The notes beneath the pieces are model-generated. The model saw only the letters and a list, made by a program, of their open reading frames with translations. It was not told the origin of the DNA and made no database searches. Shown one piece after another: positions 25,566 to 36,711 of a DNA stretch of 64,000 nt (the first letter of the stretch is position 1; each line of letters starts with the position of its first letter). The position numbers and the translations under genes are program-made. Source of the DNA: Octopus bimaculoides (Eukaryota); NCBI RefSeq assembly GCF_001194135.2, contig NC_068998.1, positions 13,920,363 through 13,984,362 of the forward strand, in the 5' to 3' direction.

Positions 25566-25790
25566 ATACTTTATTAAAAAGCAGCAGAAATATCACAAAA
25601 ACTATTACTCAGAGTTTCACGTGCCCATTCGTCGGACAAAACTGTCTGACGAATAGGAACGTGAAACTCTGAGTAACAGTTTTTTGTTATATATTTCTGC
25701 TGCTTTTTAATAAAGCATATTACTCTACCTCTGGTATTCGAGTCCTATTTTTTCCACCGTCTTTCACATTTATGTGCTTACTCCGGTATA
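25566..25790. mobile_element. Fold-back element (arms 25569-25637 / 25642-25715, short central loop) with a 3' extension, flanked by microsatellites; probable Penelope-like pLTR derivative
   Basis: Near-perfect ~70-bp inverted arms read directly. Lies between (TATG)n and (TA)n and contains the HHR. The Penelope assignment is inference. Confidence 0.6.
25638..25683 (+). ncRNA. Type I hammerhead ribozyme motif
   Basis: Stem I AAAACTGT (25638-45) pairs with ACAGTTTT (25676-83). Core CTGACGA 25646-52; short stem II ATAGGAACGT; GAAA 25663-66; quasi-palindromic stem III ACTC-T-GAGT; predicted cleavage after GTA (25675). Activity untested. Confidence 0.7.
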
Positions 25791-27081
25791 TATATATATA
25801 TGTGTGTGTGTGTGTTGAATTTAACCTTGTGCCTAGTCTCACAAAAAATTCCATATTATATGACAGTAATATAAAACAGTCAACACCTAGTTAGTATGCA
25901 TCAGTTCAATATAGAATCTATGCACTGCATCCTTATGGTAATATTTGCTAATACTAAATTGCTGTAAATTTTCTGTACTATATCCCTGTGGTATTTCAAT
26001 GCTGAGTCAATATGAGGAGTCAACACTCGACCAATGAGAAGTGTTATCATGGTAAGTCAGTAGTTAATGATGAATGTGATGTATCAATAAATAAGAAATG
26101 TCGCATGTTAATATGAGCATCACTGTAACATATCTCAGCACTTGGTGAATGAGACATGAGCAAAAGTATGTTCTAGTAAAAACATGTCAACAAAAATATG
26201 AAGTTGTCAGGAGGGTTGGTATGTAATATCAACTCTAAAATGATGTAAAATAATTACTTTCACAAGGCCGGTGCAAAGCTATTTCAGTAGCACACCACTG
26301 CAAAGTTAATTCAACATTGAATTTAGAAACCAAGTACTCTTAATATTTGACACTGCACTGAAGCCAAAAAATTTCTACATTACACTAATGATGTCAAGCA
26401 GGCTGTTCTGTTGATCAGAGCAACTGGAACACCTATCATTGTAACTGACAGAGTGCCAGTTTATAGGTACAATCCATTAAACGGGCCTCTATACAGTTTT
26501 ATCACCTTTCCCTGAGCCCCAGAACTTAGAAAGTTGGAGGTTAGCTCAATTTCCATGACATATAAGTGACTGAGATTACAACATTCCCCACTGGACAGGA
26601 TGCTAGTCCATCGCAGGGTTAACTTCCCTGCTATGAATGGAAATCATTTACAACTGAGTGAACCCGAACATGAAATTAAGTGATTGGCTCAAGAACACAA
26701 TACATCACCCAGTCCAGGAATCAAAACCATAATCTCATAGCCATGAGTGCAACCCCTAACCATCAGGCCACATGCCTTCCATCCCTCTAAACAGTTTCCA
26801 TTTATTCAATTTCACTCACAAGATAACGGTTGACCTGAGGCTATAGAAAATGACATTTGCTCAAGATGCTACAGAATGGGACTAAACTCAGGACCTCCTG
26901 ATTGCAGAACAAACATCTTAACCATTCAGCCAAACTGTGCCTATAGTTTAATACTGCATCAGCTGCAGATCAGTTTTATGGTGTGTTATCATCAAACACT
27001 TTTGACATTGAGCTAGTGGCAAATGATATTGCCACTGCGTCATTATCGAAAGTCATTTTCACACTGCATTATTGTTGCAAA

Positions 27082-27465
27082 AGTGGAGGCGCAATGGCCC
27101 AGTGGTTAGGGCAGTGGACTCACAGTCATAGGATCATGGTTTCGATTCCCAGACCGGGCGTTGTGAGTGTTTATTGAGCGAAAACACCTAAAGCTCCACG
27201 AGGCTCCGGCAGGGTATGCTGGTGAACCCTGCTGTACTCTTTCACCACAACTTTCTCTCACTCTTACTTCCTGTTTCTGTTGTGCCTGTAATTCAAAGGG
27301 TCAGCCTTGTCACACTGTGTCACGCTGAATATCCCCAAGAACTACGTTAAGGGTACACGTGTCTGTGGAGTGCTCAGCCACTTACACATTAATTTCATGA
27401 GCAGGCTGTTCCGTTGATCGGATCGACTGGAACCCTCGACGTCGTAAGCGACGGAGTGCCAACAA
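27082..27465 (+). mobile_element. tRNA-headed SINE family B, full length
   Basis: A box TGGCCCAGTGG, B box GGTTTCGATTCC, CAA tail. 11-bp TSD ATTGTTGCAAA (27071-81 / 27466-76). Confidence 0.9.
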
Positions 27466-28149
27466 ATTGTTGCAAACCAGTTTGACATCAAATTATTAAT
27501 AAAAAGCCCTATTGACTCTGCATATATTTCTCAAAATATTTTAAAACTGTGTTATTGTGATAACAATATACAGGTAAATAATTGCCTAATATGATAAAGA
27601 CAGGTTTGTAAGGTAGTTGACTGCTATTTTATATTTAGTTTAAGTTAACTGAGCAGAGTATACTATTATGTATATAATTTTTATTAGCTTAAATGAGCAT
27701 TAAAAATATATTTCATTAACAATCTAAACCTATCATTTAGCTTGGCTGAGATAGATATATTCTTAGTTGCTGAAAACAAGTAGTTTTGATTGAAAATATA
27801 CAACAATACTGATTTTATACGAAAAGATAAAACATTAAAATTGCATGACACGTTTCATAAGATCAATAAAAACAGGAAATTAGATTACTAAAGTATGTGT
27901 AGCTTATTGAGGACATGATGGTGATGATGAAGATGATGTCAATAATATTAATAATAACAATTATTGAAATAGTAATAATAATAAATTATTGATGATTGTG
28001 ATTTTCCTATTTAGGCAAGAAACCTGAAGCTATCAGAAGAAACAGGAAGTTGTGATGTCGGTTAGCCACATCAGCAGTTTCAATTGGAAATCAAAACTGT
28101 GTACTAGACTTGGATCACCAAGAATTTAACACCATACACAGCACTCACC

Positions 28150-28180
<31 letters not shown>

Positions 28181-28290
28181 GTAATAATAATAATAAAATC
28201 AATTATCAAAAGTCCTGAGCAAAATATAGTCCAGTCATTTCCTTGAGAGGGTATATTAAAAAAAAAAATATTTCGAATTATAAAGATTTT

Positions 28291-28414
28291 CTAAAGTGCC
28301 TTTGAAGAAAGGCCAGGATTCACTTCAAGAAAGCAGTCATCTACCATTTTTTTACAATAATGATGGAAAAGCTGTTCACCCTTTTTAATTGCATCATCTA
28401 GATTGATTTTTATG
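28291..28414 (-). CDS. TBC gene last coding exon (SIKINLDDAIKKGEQLFHHYCKKMVDDCFLEVNPGLSSKAL*)
   Basis: Acceptor ctttcttttcag|C, 124 nt, TAG at 28293-28291. I.LD..I.K.E.LF resembles the TBC1D15/25-type terminal helix. The 11 exons sum to 1942 nt (1962 nt = 653 aa + stop with exon A). Confidence 0.9.
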
Positions 28415-29074
28415 CTGAAAAGAAAGAAAAAAAACAGTAAGGATTCTTATGTTAAAATAATATAGAATTATACAAATTAATTACAAAAAAAAAAAAATTT
28501 GAAAATTTACAAAGAGTAATAAATTATTTTGTCCAAGTGAGGGAAAGAAGAAGTGTAATGTTTTGAATAAGAGCTTTCATAAAAGAGCGATAAAATATAT
28601 TTTACTGATTATCACCATTGTTTTACATTATGGCAAAACACAGAGAATGGCTTTCTTACTGGTTCAAATATGCAACAAGCATATTCAAACAGGTAAGAAC
28701 CTTGTATTTATACTAATCACTTCTTATTGCTACCACCCCATAATTTGTTTGCAGTGAGTTGCTGATTAGCACAACCAGTCGTCGTACAATGATGGAAATA
28801 TCATAAGAGTGACAATCTCTCTTATCAGCTCACAGTGCACCCTGTCTGGTTTCTGTGGCTGAAGAGGAGATAATCACTCTGAAATGCTTGCATCTCACAG
28901 TCTGGGTAGGTGGCACTGTGAGCTGATTTTAAGTGTATTTACGCCATTTGTCTACAACAAGGAATGTTTTTTTTAAACATCTTTTTAATACCCTTTCCTC
29001 ATATTGACAAGAGTTGGGCAGGTTTTCAAAATTCAAATACATCAATGTCAGATGTAATTTAAACACTGACTGAC

Positions 29075-29216
29075 CTATTCATTCCAACATATATATCTTC
29101 TAATGACGTCCAGTTAAATATTTCCTCTCGCAATTCAAGTAAAAGAGCAGCACACATGAAGATGTCAAATGAGTAGGGTGGCTTATCCATCGAAGACACC
29201 ATTCGTAGAGTACCTC
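29075..29216 (-). CDS. TBC gene exon (GGTLRMVSSMDKPPYSFDIFMCAALLLELREEIFNWTSLEDIYVGMN-)
   Basis: Acceptor ttcattgcag|GA, donor AG|gtcagt, 142 nt, phase 1 to 2. F..F.CAALL...R..I resembles the C-terminal TBC helices. Confidence 0.9.
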
Positions 29217-29235
29217 CTGCAATGAAAATAAGAAT

Positions 29236-29465
29236 TTAACACTTCAGCATTCAGATTTATTTATCAAATGTAATGCTTATTTATTTGCATTGTTTTGGAA
29301 TTAATCTTACATTACCTTGAAGCTTTCAGATTTTGATGATGTAAATTGCTTAGTTTTAGAATGACATTGTACGGTGGGTGTGAGAGACCAGGCTTATCCC
29401 ATTTGAACATAAAGAATGTAGAATATCTGGGCCTGATATAGCTGATTTAAATGCTAAAGACTTAA
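29236..29465. mobile_element. piggyBac-like MITE, family 1
   Basis: TTAA|cACTTcAGCATT ... AATGCTAAAGAc|TTAA degenerate TIRs (consensus TTAACCCTTTAGCATT seen near 8663). Other fragments near 33135 and 51095. Confidence 0.55.
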
Positions 29466-29620
29466 TTAACTATAACCATTTACTTAGAGGTTTTTACTTT
29501 ATCAGCTGCACTTATCTTATTTAAACAACAAGAGTGACGGTCGGTATGTACACTTTACAAAACCATATTCAATTATACATACTAATCATTAAATTTACTA
29601 TTAAGTCCACCTTACTAACA

Positions 29621-29910
29621 TCGAGCGAGATCGTTGCCAGTGCCCCTGGACTGGCTCTTGTGCGGGTGGCACATAAAATACACCATTTTGAGCGTGGCCG
29701 TTGCCAGTACCGCCTGACTGGCCCTCGTGCGGGTGACACGTAAAAAAACCCACTACACTCTCTGAGTGGTTGGCATTAGGGAGGGCATCCAACTGTAGAA
29801 ACTCTGCCAAATCAGATTGGAGCCTGGTGTTGCCATCCGGTTTCACCAGTCCTCAGTCAAATCGTCCAACCCATGCTAGCATGGAAAGCAGACGTTAAAC
29901 GATGATGATG
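29621..29910 (+). mobile_element. SINE family D copy flanked by a 139-bp direct repeat
   Basis: Flanks 29478-29616 and 29911-30049 are direct repeats with 3 mismatches. Confidence 0.88.
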
Positions 29911-30512
29911 ATTTACTTAGAGGTTTTTACTTTATCAGCTGCACTTATCTTATTTAAACAATAAGAGTGACAGGCGGTATGTACACTTTACAAAACCATA
30001 TTCAATTATACATACTAATCATTAAATTTACTATTAAGTCCACCTTACTGACAAAATTTAATTTTCATTAGCTGGATATATAAATAATATAAATCACCGT
30101 AGTCCATTAAACCTTCTTTATCAGCTACATTATGACTTGACATATTAGTGGCTAATAATATGTGCATCTCTGATCATGAGCAGGAGTAGTGGGGAAGCAT
30201 TATAGCCATGTGTTGAGAGGGATTCTTTAGGGATTGAATAAATGTAACAAAAACAAAGTTTGAAGGAAATATTAGTCATTTTTCATAGGAAATAACAGTT
30301 GCTACCCAAGAACAAAAATTGTGTTACTTAGTGTTATACATGTAACGTCTAGACATTGCATATATAAGCCCTCTGTTTCAGTGTTTAAAATTTTCTCAAA
30401 AGCATTTAGTTGGCAGGATAACATGAACTTCTATCAATTTTATTTTCCCTAGAACAGAAAGAAGACATTACAAGTGAGTGGAGTCAAGAGTTCCTGAAAA
30501 CAGCAAACTTAC

Positions 30513-30661
30513 CAAAGTCATCAGAATCAAATTTACAGTCTTTCCTACGAATCAATTCTGTTTCGACAGCTGTCAGTTCTAAATGACGACTGTTGATGAT
30601 TTCAAAGCACTTTAGTGAGTCCTCCAAATCAAATTCTCTCTTGAAGCCAACCACAAGCCAC
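30513..30661 (-). CDS. TBC gene exon (RWLVVGFKREFDLEDSLKCFEIINSRHLELTAVETELIRRKDCKFDSDDF-)
   Basis: Acceptor ttttcctcag|G, donor G|gtaagt, 149 nt, phase 2 to 1. Contains the RWLxxxFKREF TBC motif. Confidence 0.95.
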
Positions 30662-30802
30662 CTGAGGAAAATAAGGCAGGTAAAGTGTTTAGTTCTTTGC
30701 ACAATTATGAGAGAGATAGAGAGAGAGAAAGAAAGAGAGAGAGGAGTATACCAAAATAGAAAGGGAGGGAACACAGGGCATTTGAAAATGGAAAGAAAAT
30801 TA

Positions 30803-31010
30803 ATGGGTGCTGAAAGTTCCTGGCTTTGGTAAAAGAAAATACAGGAGGATCGGTTAATTATGATTTTATTCAACACATTCCACTCTCAGATTCACACACT
30901 TATTACAGTAGTTCTTTAGTTTTTCTAAGCTCTGTAAAAGAACTTGGAAGGTTGGGCCTCCAACCAGGCCTTTTGTGATACCCAGCCAGGAACTTTTCAG
31001 CACCCTCTCA
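30803..31010 (-). mobile_element. Second copy of the same mariner MITE, inverted
   Basis: Same GGGTGCTGAAAAGTTCCTGGCT terminal repeats. The - strand reads ..KCVNLRVECVE*, like the mariner end KCxxxxGxYVE*. Confidence 0.8.
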
Positions 31011-31284
31011 TACATTACAGAAGATGGTGCAAGTCTTTGGGTATTAGAAATGTGTGCAAAGTGGGTACTTTGACAGTTAACACCTGATTTGAATGAGTGA
31101 AGTGTGGCAGTCTGCTTTGATCTGCTAAAAGTGCTGGAAACCAAAGAAGACACTTTTTGTTTTGATTTTTTCTTTACCAACCCAGGGATGTAATGTAGGC
31201 ATATCTTCATGATCTGGAAATAAAGGTTCAGTTCACGGAATGGTTCCACACCTTTCTTCCAAAACCTAACTTCAGGAGTCAGCT

Positions 31285-31455
31285 ATCATTGCAAAAAGTC
31301 ATGGCAACTGTTTCAGGGAATGACAAAATCATTCTTCATGATTTTCTCAAATGTGAACAATGAATGGTACATTGAAACACTCAAAAAACTTAGAGAAACC
31401 ATCAGAAGGAAGAGACCCAACAAGAGTCTGAAAACAATCCACATTCACCATGACT
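31285..31455 (+). mobile_element. Mariner transposase relic
   Basis: KVMATV..(frameshift)..YIETLKKLRETIRRKRPNKSLKTIHIHHD matches the mariner catalytic-domain segment leading to HDNA. Confidence 0.75.
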
Positions 31456-31644
31456 ATATGGCTGCTAGTGCTATTAGAAGCAAGAGTAAAATCTCTCTGA
31501 CATCATATCCTATTGCCTTTTAAAGGAAGAATACATTGGATTATGCAATCATAAATATACTGATATTGTGTCTAAAAAAATAAGACTGAGAAGTTATAGC
31601 CTGCTTGATGAGGGCTAATCTTGGATCTAAAGAACAACAAGATA

Positions 31645-31862
31645 CAAGGGGGTGCTGAAAAGTTCCTGGCTTTAAGGGTATCATGAAAAACCTGGTTGGA
31701 GGCCCAACCTTCTAAGTTCTTTTAAAAGGTTTAGTAAAAAAAGAAGGACTGCTGCAATAAGTATGTGAATTTGAGAGGAGAATATGCTGAATAAAATCAT
31801 AATTAACTGATCCTCCAGTATTTTCTTTTACCCAAAGCCAGGAACTTTACAGCACCCCCTTG
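31645..31862 (+). mobile_element. Mariner-derived MITE with TA target duplication
   Basis: TA|CAAGGGGGTGCTGAAAAGTTCCTGGCTTT ... AAAGCCAGGAACTTTACAGCACCCCCTTG|TA. Internal sequence resembles a mariner transposase C-terminus. Confidence 0.85.
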
Positions 31863-31913
31863 TACAGTTACGAGAAAACACAAAAAAATAACTGTGTTAC
31901 TTTGTTAATTTAC

Positions 31914-32001
31914 CTTTGACAACAGACCATACTGAGTTGATATTCCGTCAGGTGACGACGGACCTCTGCATCAACTTCATTCAGCAACTGTTGCACTTTA
32001 T
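31914..32001 (-). CDS. TBC gene exon (DKVQQLLNEVDAEVRRHLTEYQLSMVCCQ-)
   Basis: Acceptor cattacag|AT, donor AG|gtaaat, 88 nt, phase 1 to 2. Matches the LL..VD..L..HL TBC helix. Confidence 0.92.
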
Positions 32002-33836
32002 CTGTAATGAAATATCCACACATTGCACAGCTTAAGCCAGTTCATATATAAAGCATTACAATTTTAATATTTAGTGTTACTATGCACTGTTATGGTTCCT
32101 TTAAAGTTTTGCCACAAACTGCACTTGGTACTTTATATCAGGGGTTCTCAACCACTTTTTGCCTATGGACTCTGAGTGTATAAGCTGCTGTTGAGATGTG
32201 CAAAAAAACAGAACCAGCTAAACAGCCCTTAAATCACACACCAAATCTTTCTTTTTGTTTGGTTTTTGCATCATCATATGAATACATGTAGAATACAAAT
32301 TTGCAAATATTTTCTGAAAATTCAAAAAGATATAAAGAAGATGTGCAGGGGTTAATGGTGTACTAAAAGAAGCATTCCACCAATGTTTTTTTTTTTTAAA
32401 TTTTATTTTAACCAAATGAAATACAAATATTCTCCTAGACAGGGTGTTAGTTAATAACAGGCAAGTTTTCCAGAAAATTTTGTGTCAATTCTCCACAGCT
32501 GAATAGTTGGTATAGTGCAAATTTTAATAATATCTATAGTGAGTTTCAACTGAACACCCATCATCATCATCATCATCAACCCCAGGACAATACTGCCTTG
32601 TTTCCATGGCGTACAAGTGACTGAGATCACAACACTCCCACTGAATGGGACACCAGCCTATTGCAGGATTACTCATTTATAGCTGAGAAGACTGAGGCTG
32701 AGTGAAACGAAGCATTTTGCTCAAGAACACAACATACCTCCCAGTCCAGGAATTGAAACCATAATCTTGCAACCATGAGTGAAACACCTCTAATCACTAA
32801 GTCACATGCCTTCACTGAATACCTATGGCCTATGGATAATTCACCTCTTCTATTTATAGTGTGGAAAACAATCCCATCAGTAGTTGTTCAACCTGCTAGA
32901 AATAGCAGCCAGATTTTTCTCAAATCATATTCTACAGTCTTGAAACCAAAATGACACTGCTGTCATAGATATACAAAAAAATTGGGTAGTCACAGTTGGA
33001 ATGATTTAAACATAGGTTTATTCAGCCAATGCTGATCAGGAACTAAAAAAGTAACAACATCCTGCAGAAATAAAATCCTACTGCAAGTGAGGTTTATCTA
33101 TTTTTCTATCATCTATATAGTCAAAGTATCTATTATAACCTTTTAGCATTTAAAGCAGCCATATCTGGCCCAAAATATTCTTCCTGTTTCATGGTGAACC
33201 TGGACAGATCTGGCCTCTCACACCTATTCTACAATGTAATTTTGAAAATAAACAAGGCATGGATGTGTGATAAGAAGCTTGCTTCCCAACCACTTGGTTT
33301 CAGGTTCAGTCCCACTGCGTGGCACCTTGAGCAAGTGTCTTTTACTATAGCCTCAAGCTGACCAAATTCTTGTGAGTGGATTTGGTAGACGGAAACTGAA
33401 AGAAGCCCATCATATATATGTGTGTATCTTTGTTTGCCCTCCCACATCACCACTTGACAACCAGTGCTGGTGTGTTTACGTCCCCGTAACTTATCAGTTG
33501 GGCAAAAAAGACCAATAGAATAAGTATCAGGCTGGAAAAAAAAAAAAAATAAGTACCGATTCTTTTGACTAAAAAACTTTTCAAGGCAGTGCTCCAGCAT
33601 GGCCAGTCAAATGACTGAAACAAGCAAAAGAGTATATCACTGAAATCTTGAAGCTACTACAAGATGATGCAGGATTAATTCAAAACAATGTAAAGCATTA
33701 TNNNNNNNNNNTTTTGAAAGAGTAAACAATGTCAAAAGGTCAAGGGAATAGGTGCCGTGATTGATGTTTTACCGAAGTTTCTGTACGCTTACACTTCGTT
33801 ACTTTGTATTCACTGTATAAGTTTTTCTAAACTTAC

Positions 33837-33918
33837 CCATCTTCCGAACTAATCCATCTTCTTTGAATTCTTCTTTCACAGATTCCATGTAAGATTGGAA
33901 ACACCAATATGCCAATGG
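33837..33918 (-). CDS. TBC gene exon (PLAYWCFQSYMESVKEEFKEDGLVRKM-)
   Basis: Acceptor gcatttcag|CCA, donor G|gtaagt, 82 nt, phase 0 to 1. Contains the AYWCF TBC motif. Confidence 0.94.
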
Positions 33919-35081
33919 CTGAAATGCAAAATCCACACGAGAATTTTGAACTATCTCATACTACCTTCTTTTTGCCATACATCACTGTTTCATGAAATTA
34001 CAGACAGCCAAATATATATATATATAATAATATTAGGGACAAAATCCAAAATTACAGGTAAAAACTCAATTAAAATCAATTTATAAAAAATTAAAATTAA
34101 ATTGTGACAGTGGATTTTCATCGATGAGTTCATGAACCTTGGTTCTTTTCCCTAAAACTATATNNNNNNNNNNNNNNNNNNNNNNNNNNNNNNNNNNNNN
34201 NNNNNNNNNNNNNNNNNNNNNNNNNNNNNNNNNNNNNNNNNNTATGTATATATAATAAAAGCAGCATGAAGTTAAAAAGAAAAATTGACATTGCTGACAC
34301 AATTGTAACTTTTTCAGACAATTGACTTCCTCTTTCAGAGATGAACAATTTTAACATTTACATATAAATTAATAATTAGATATACACATATTCTGAGATT
34401 GCAACACACACACACACACGCATATATATGGAAGCAGTGCTGCAGATATACCAACAAATGAGCCCGAGACATGACTGCCCTCACGCACTTCACATGAGGA
34501 ATTCCAGCAGGAGCTTCGTTAGACCACTCCAGAGACGCTTCTGACAAATTTCAGTAACCATTGGAAAACCGATGATAACGGTAACTCCATTAATTCCTAG
34601 CAATATTTGAGGAAGGAATTTTTATATTCCGAAATATTATGTTAGATTATGAATAATTAAATTATTTATAACAGTTATTATAGTCCACTCTGCCTTGTTG
34701 TGCCATTCAAGGCACGTTACATTTCACACACACACATATATATTTGTCATGTGGCCCTCTTCCACTTGGAAATGGTATAATGCAGCCCCCAGGTGACAAA
34801 AAGTTGCCCACCCCTGAAATAAAGGGTAACGAGAGGATGGGTATCTAACCACAGAAAATTTTCCTCAACAAATTCCATCTGCTCTGATCTCAGAGGAATT
34901 TGAACTATGAATGTAAAGATGGACAAAATTCCATAAAGCATTTTGTCTGGCATGCTAACGATTCTATGAGCCTTAAACATTGGCTTAAATATGGCAAAGT
35001 TATTTTACTATATTTTTCATTATTTTCCAAATTACTTGAAAAGAAAAAGTATATTCCAACAAAAAGGTTAACCATAAGGAT

Positions 35082-35291
35082 ACTCTTTTACTCTTTTATT
35101 CTTTTATCTGTTTCAGTCAATTGACTGCGGCCATGCTGGAGCACCGCCTTCAGTCGAGCAAATCGACCCCGGGACTTATTCTTTGTAAGCCTAGTACTTA
35201 TTCTATCGTTCTCTTTTGCCTAACCGCTAAGTGACGGAGACGTAAAAACACCAGCATCGGTTGTCAAGCAATGCTAGGGGGACAAACACAG

Positions 35292-35333
<42 letters not shown>

Positions 35334-35492
35334 GACGGGCTTCTTTCAGTTTCCGTCTACCAAATCCACTCACAAGGCTTTGGTCGGCCCGAGGCTATAG
35401 TAGAAGACATTTGCCCAAGATGCCACACAGTGGGACTGAACCCGGGACCATGTGGTTGGTAAGCAAGCTACTTACCACACAGCCACTCCTGT
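35082..35492 (-). mobile_element. tRNA-headed SINE family A, full length, ending ~30 nt from a TBC donor site
   Basis: Reverse complement of the 18002 element, low divergence. Confidence 0.9.
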
Positions 35493-35526
35493 GTCCCGGA
35501 TGGCAACATATTTTTTTAATGTTTAC

Positions 35527-35659
35527 CTCATTTTGGAATGTAGATAAAAAACTAGCAGCAATATCATTCATGCCTTGGGTGTATCCTACTTCTCGATGGA
35601 AGTAGGTGTAGGTTGTCAGCATATTCCTCAGCCATTCTAAATATTTGCTGTCGTCCTCC
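35527..35659 (-). CDS. TBC gene exon (REDDSKYLEWLRNMLTTYTYFHREVGYTQGMNDIAASFLSTFQNE)
   Basis: Acceptor ctttgcag|G, donor GAG|gtaaac, 133 nt, phase 2 to 0. Contains the catalytic YxQ glutamine finger (GYTQGMND). Confidence 0.96.
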
Positions 35660-36623
35660 CTGCAAAGAAGGAAATGAAAGATGTATGATGAGTCAAAGAA
35701 AGACGGTCATTGATTAATCAGACAAAAATAAATTAATATCAATCTATATTGGTTACTGTTTGTGCAATAAAGAAGGATTAAATAGCGATCAACACTCAAT
35801 CAATGATTGATCAATAAGGAATGGTAGTATAAGATTATGTTATCATTTCTTATTGACCAATCACTGATGAGCTACAAAATGTAGAAAACTACAACACTGT
35901 CTTTTAACTGGTTTCAGTCATTAGACTGTGGCCATGCTGGAGCACCACCTTGAGGAATTTTAGTCAAACTAATTGACCCAGTACTTATTTTCATTTTTTC
36001 AAAGCCTGGTATTTATTCTATCAGTCTCTTTTGCCAAACCATTAAGTTATGGGGATGTAAACACACCAACACAGGTTGTCAAGTGGTGATGGGGACAAAC
36101 ACAGACACACACACATACATGCAACAGGCTTCTTTCTATGGTGTGACTATTCTTTTATTGATAATCCTAATAAAAGTGAAACATTCTAAGTTATCTCCCC
36201 TATTTGCAGGTGCTAAGATTTACATTAATCACAGCTAACATTAATTTTATTTTTCTCTTGTATATTTGATCTTATTTTAGATTCATTTAATATCTCAAGC
36301 ATTAAATATACTTTACTCGACTTAGTTATACCAGCTAAGCTAATAAGTAAGATATGAAGTACTCAGAAGGGATGTTTCAAAGCTGATATGAGTTGGTTGC
36401 AGTCCTTTATTATTCTGAAACACAATTACAAGAGAGCCACCAATTTCTTTTGATGTGTGTATGTGTGTGTGTGTGTGGGGGGGGTTAAGAAGTTCACTTT
36501 GCATCCACATGGTTTCTTGTTCAGTGCCACTGCATGGTAACTTGGGCAAGTATCTTCCTATATATAGCTCTAGGCTGATTGATGTTTTGTGAGAGAATTT
36601 GATAAATGGAAACTGAGTGGAAG

Positions 36624-36654
<31 letters not shown>

Positions 36655-36678
36655 CTATCCATTCCTCTACACACACGT

Positions 36679-36711
<33 letters not shown>

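Noticed and set aside
27085-27160. tRNA genes at SINE heads
   Set aside because: A and B boxes are present but continue into SINE bodies with TSDs; no complete cloverleaf.
34452-34540. Possible extra TBC exon (ORF 34335..34547)
   Set aside because: Weak splice sites; 89 nt would break the frame between two exons that already join in phase 0; no TBC similarity.
35864-35895. CTGATGA-GCTAC aaaat GTAG-AAAAC hammerhead-like core
   Set aside because: GAAA and the stem II closure are defective, and no stem I or III partner could be found; chance or a too-eroded relic.
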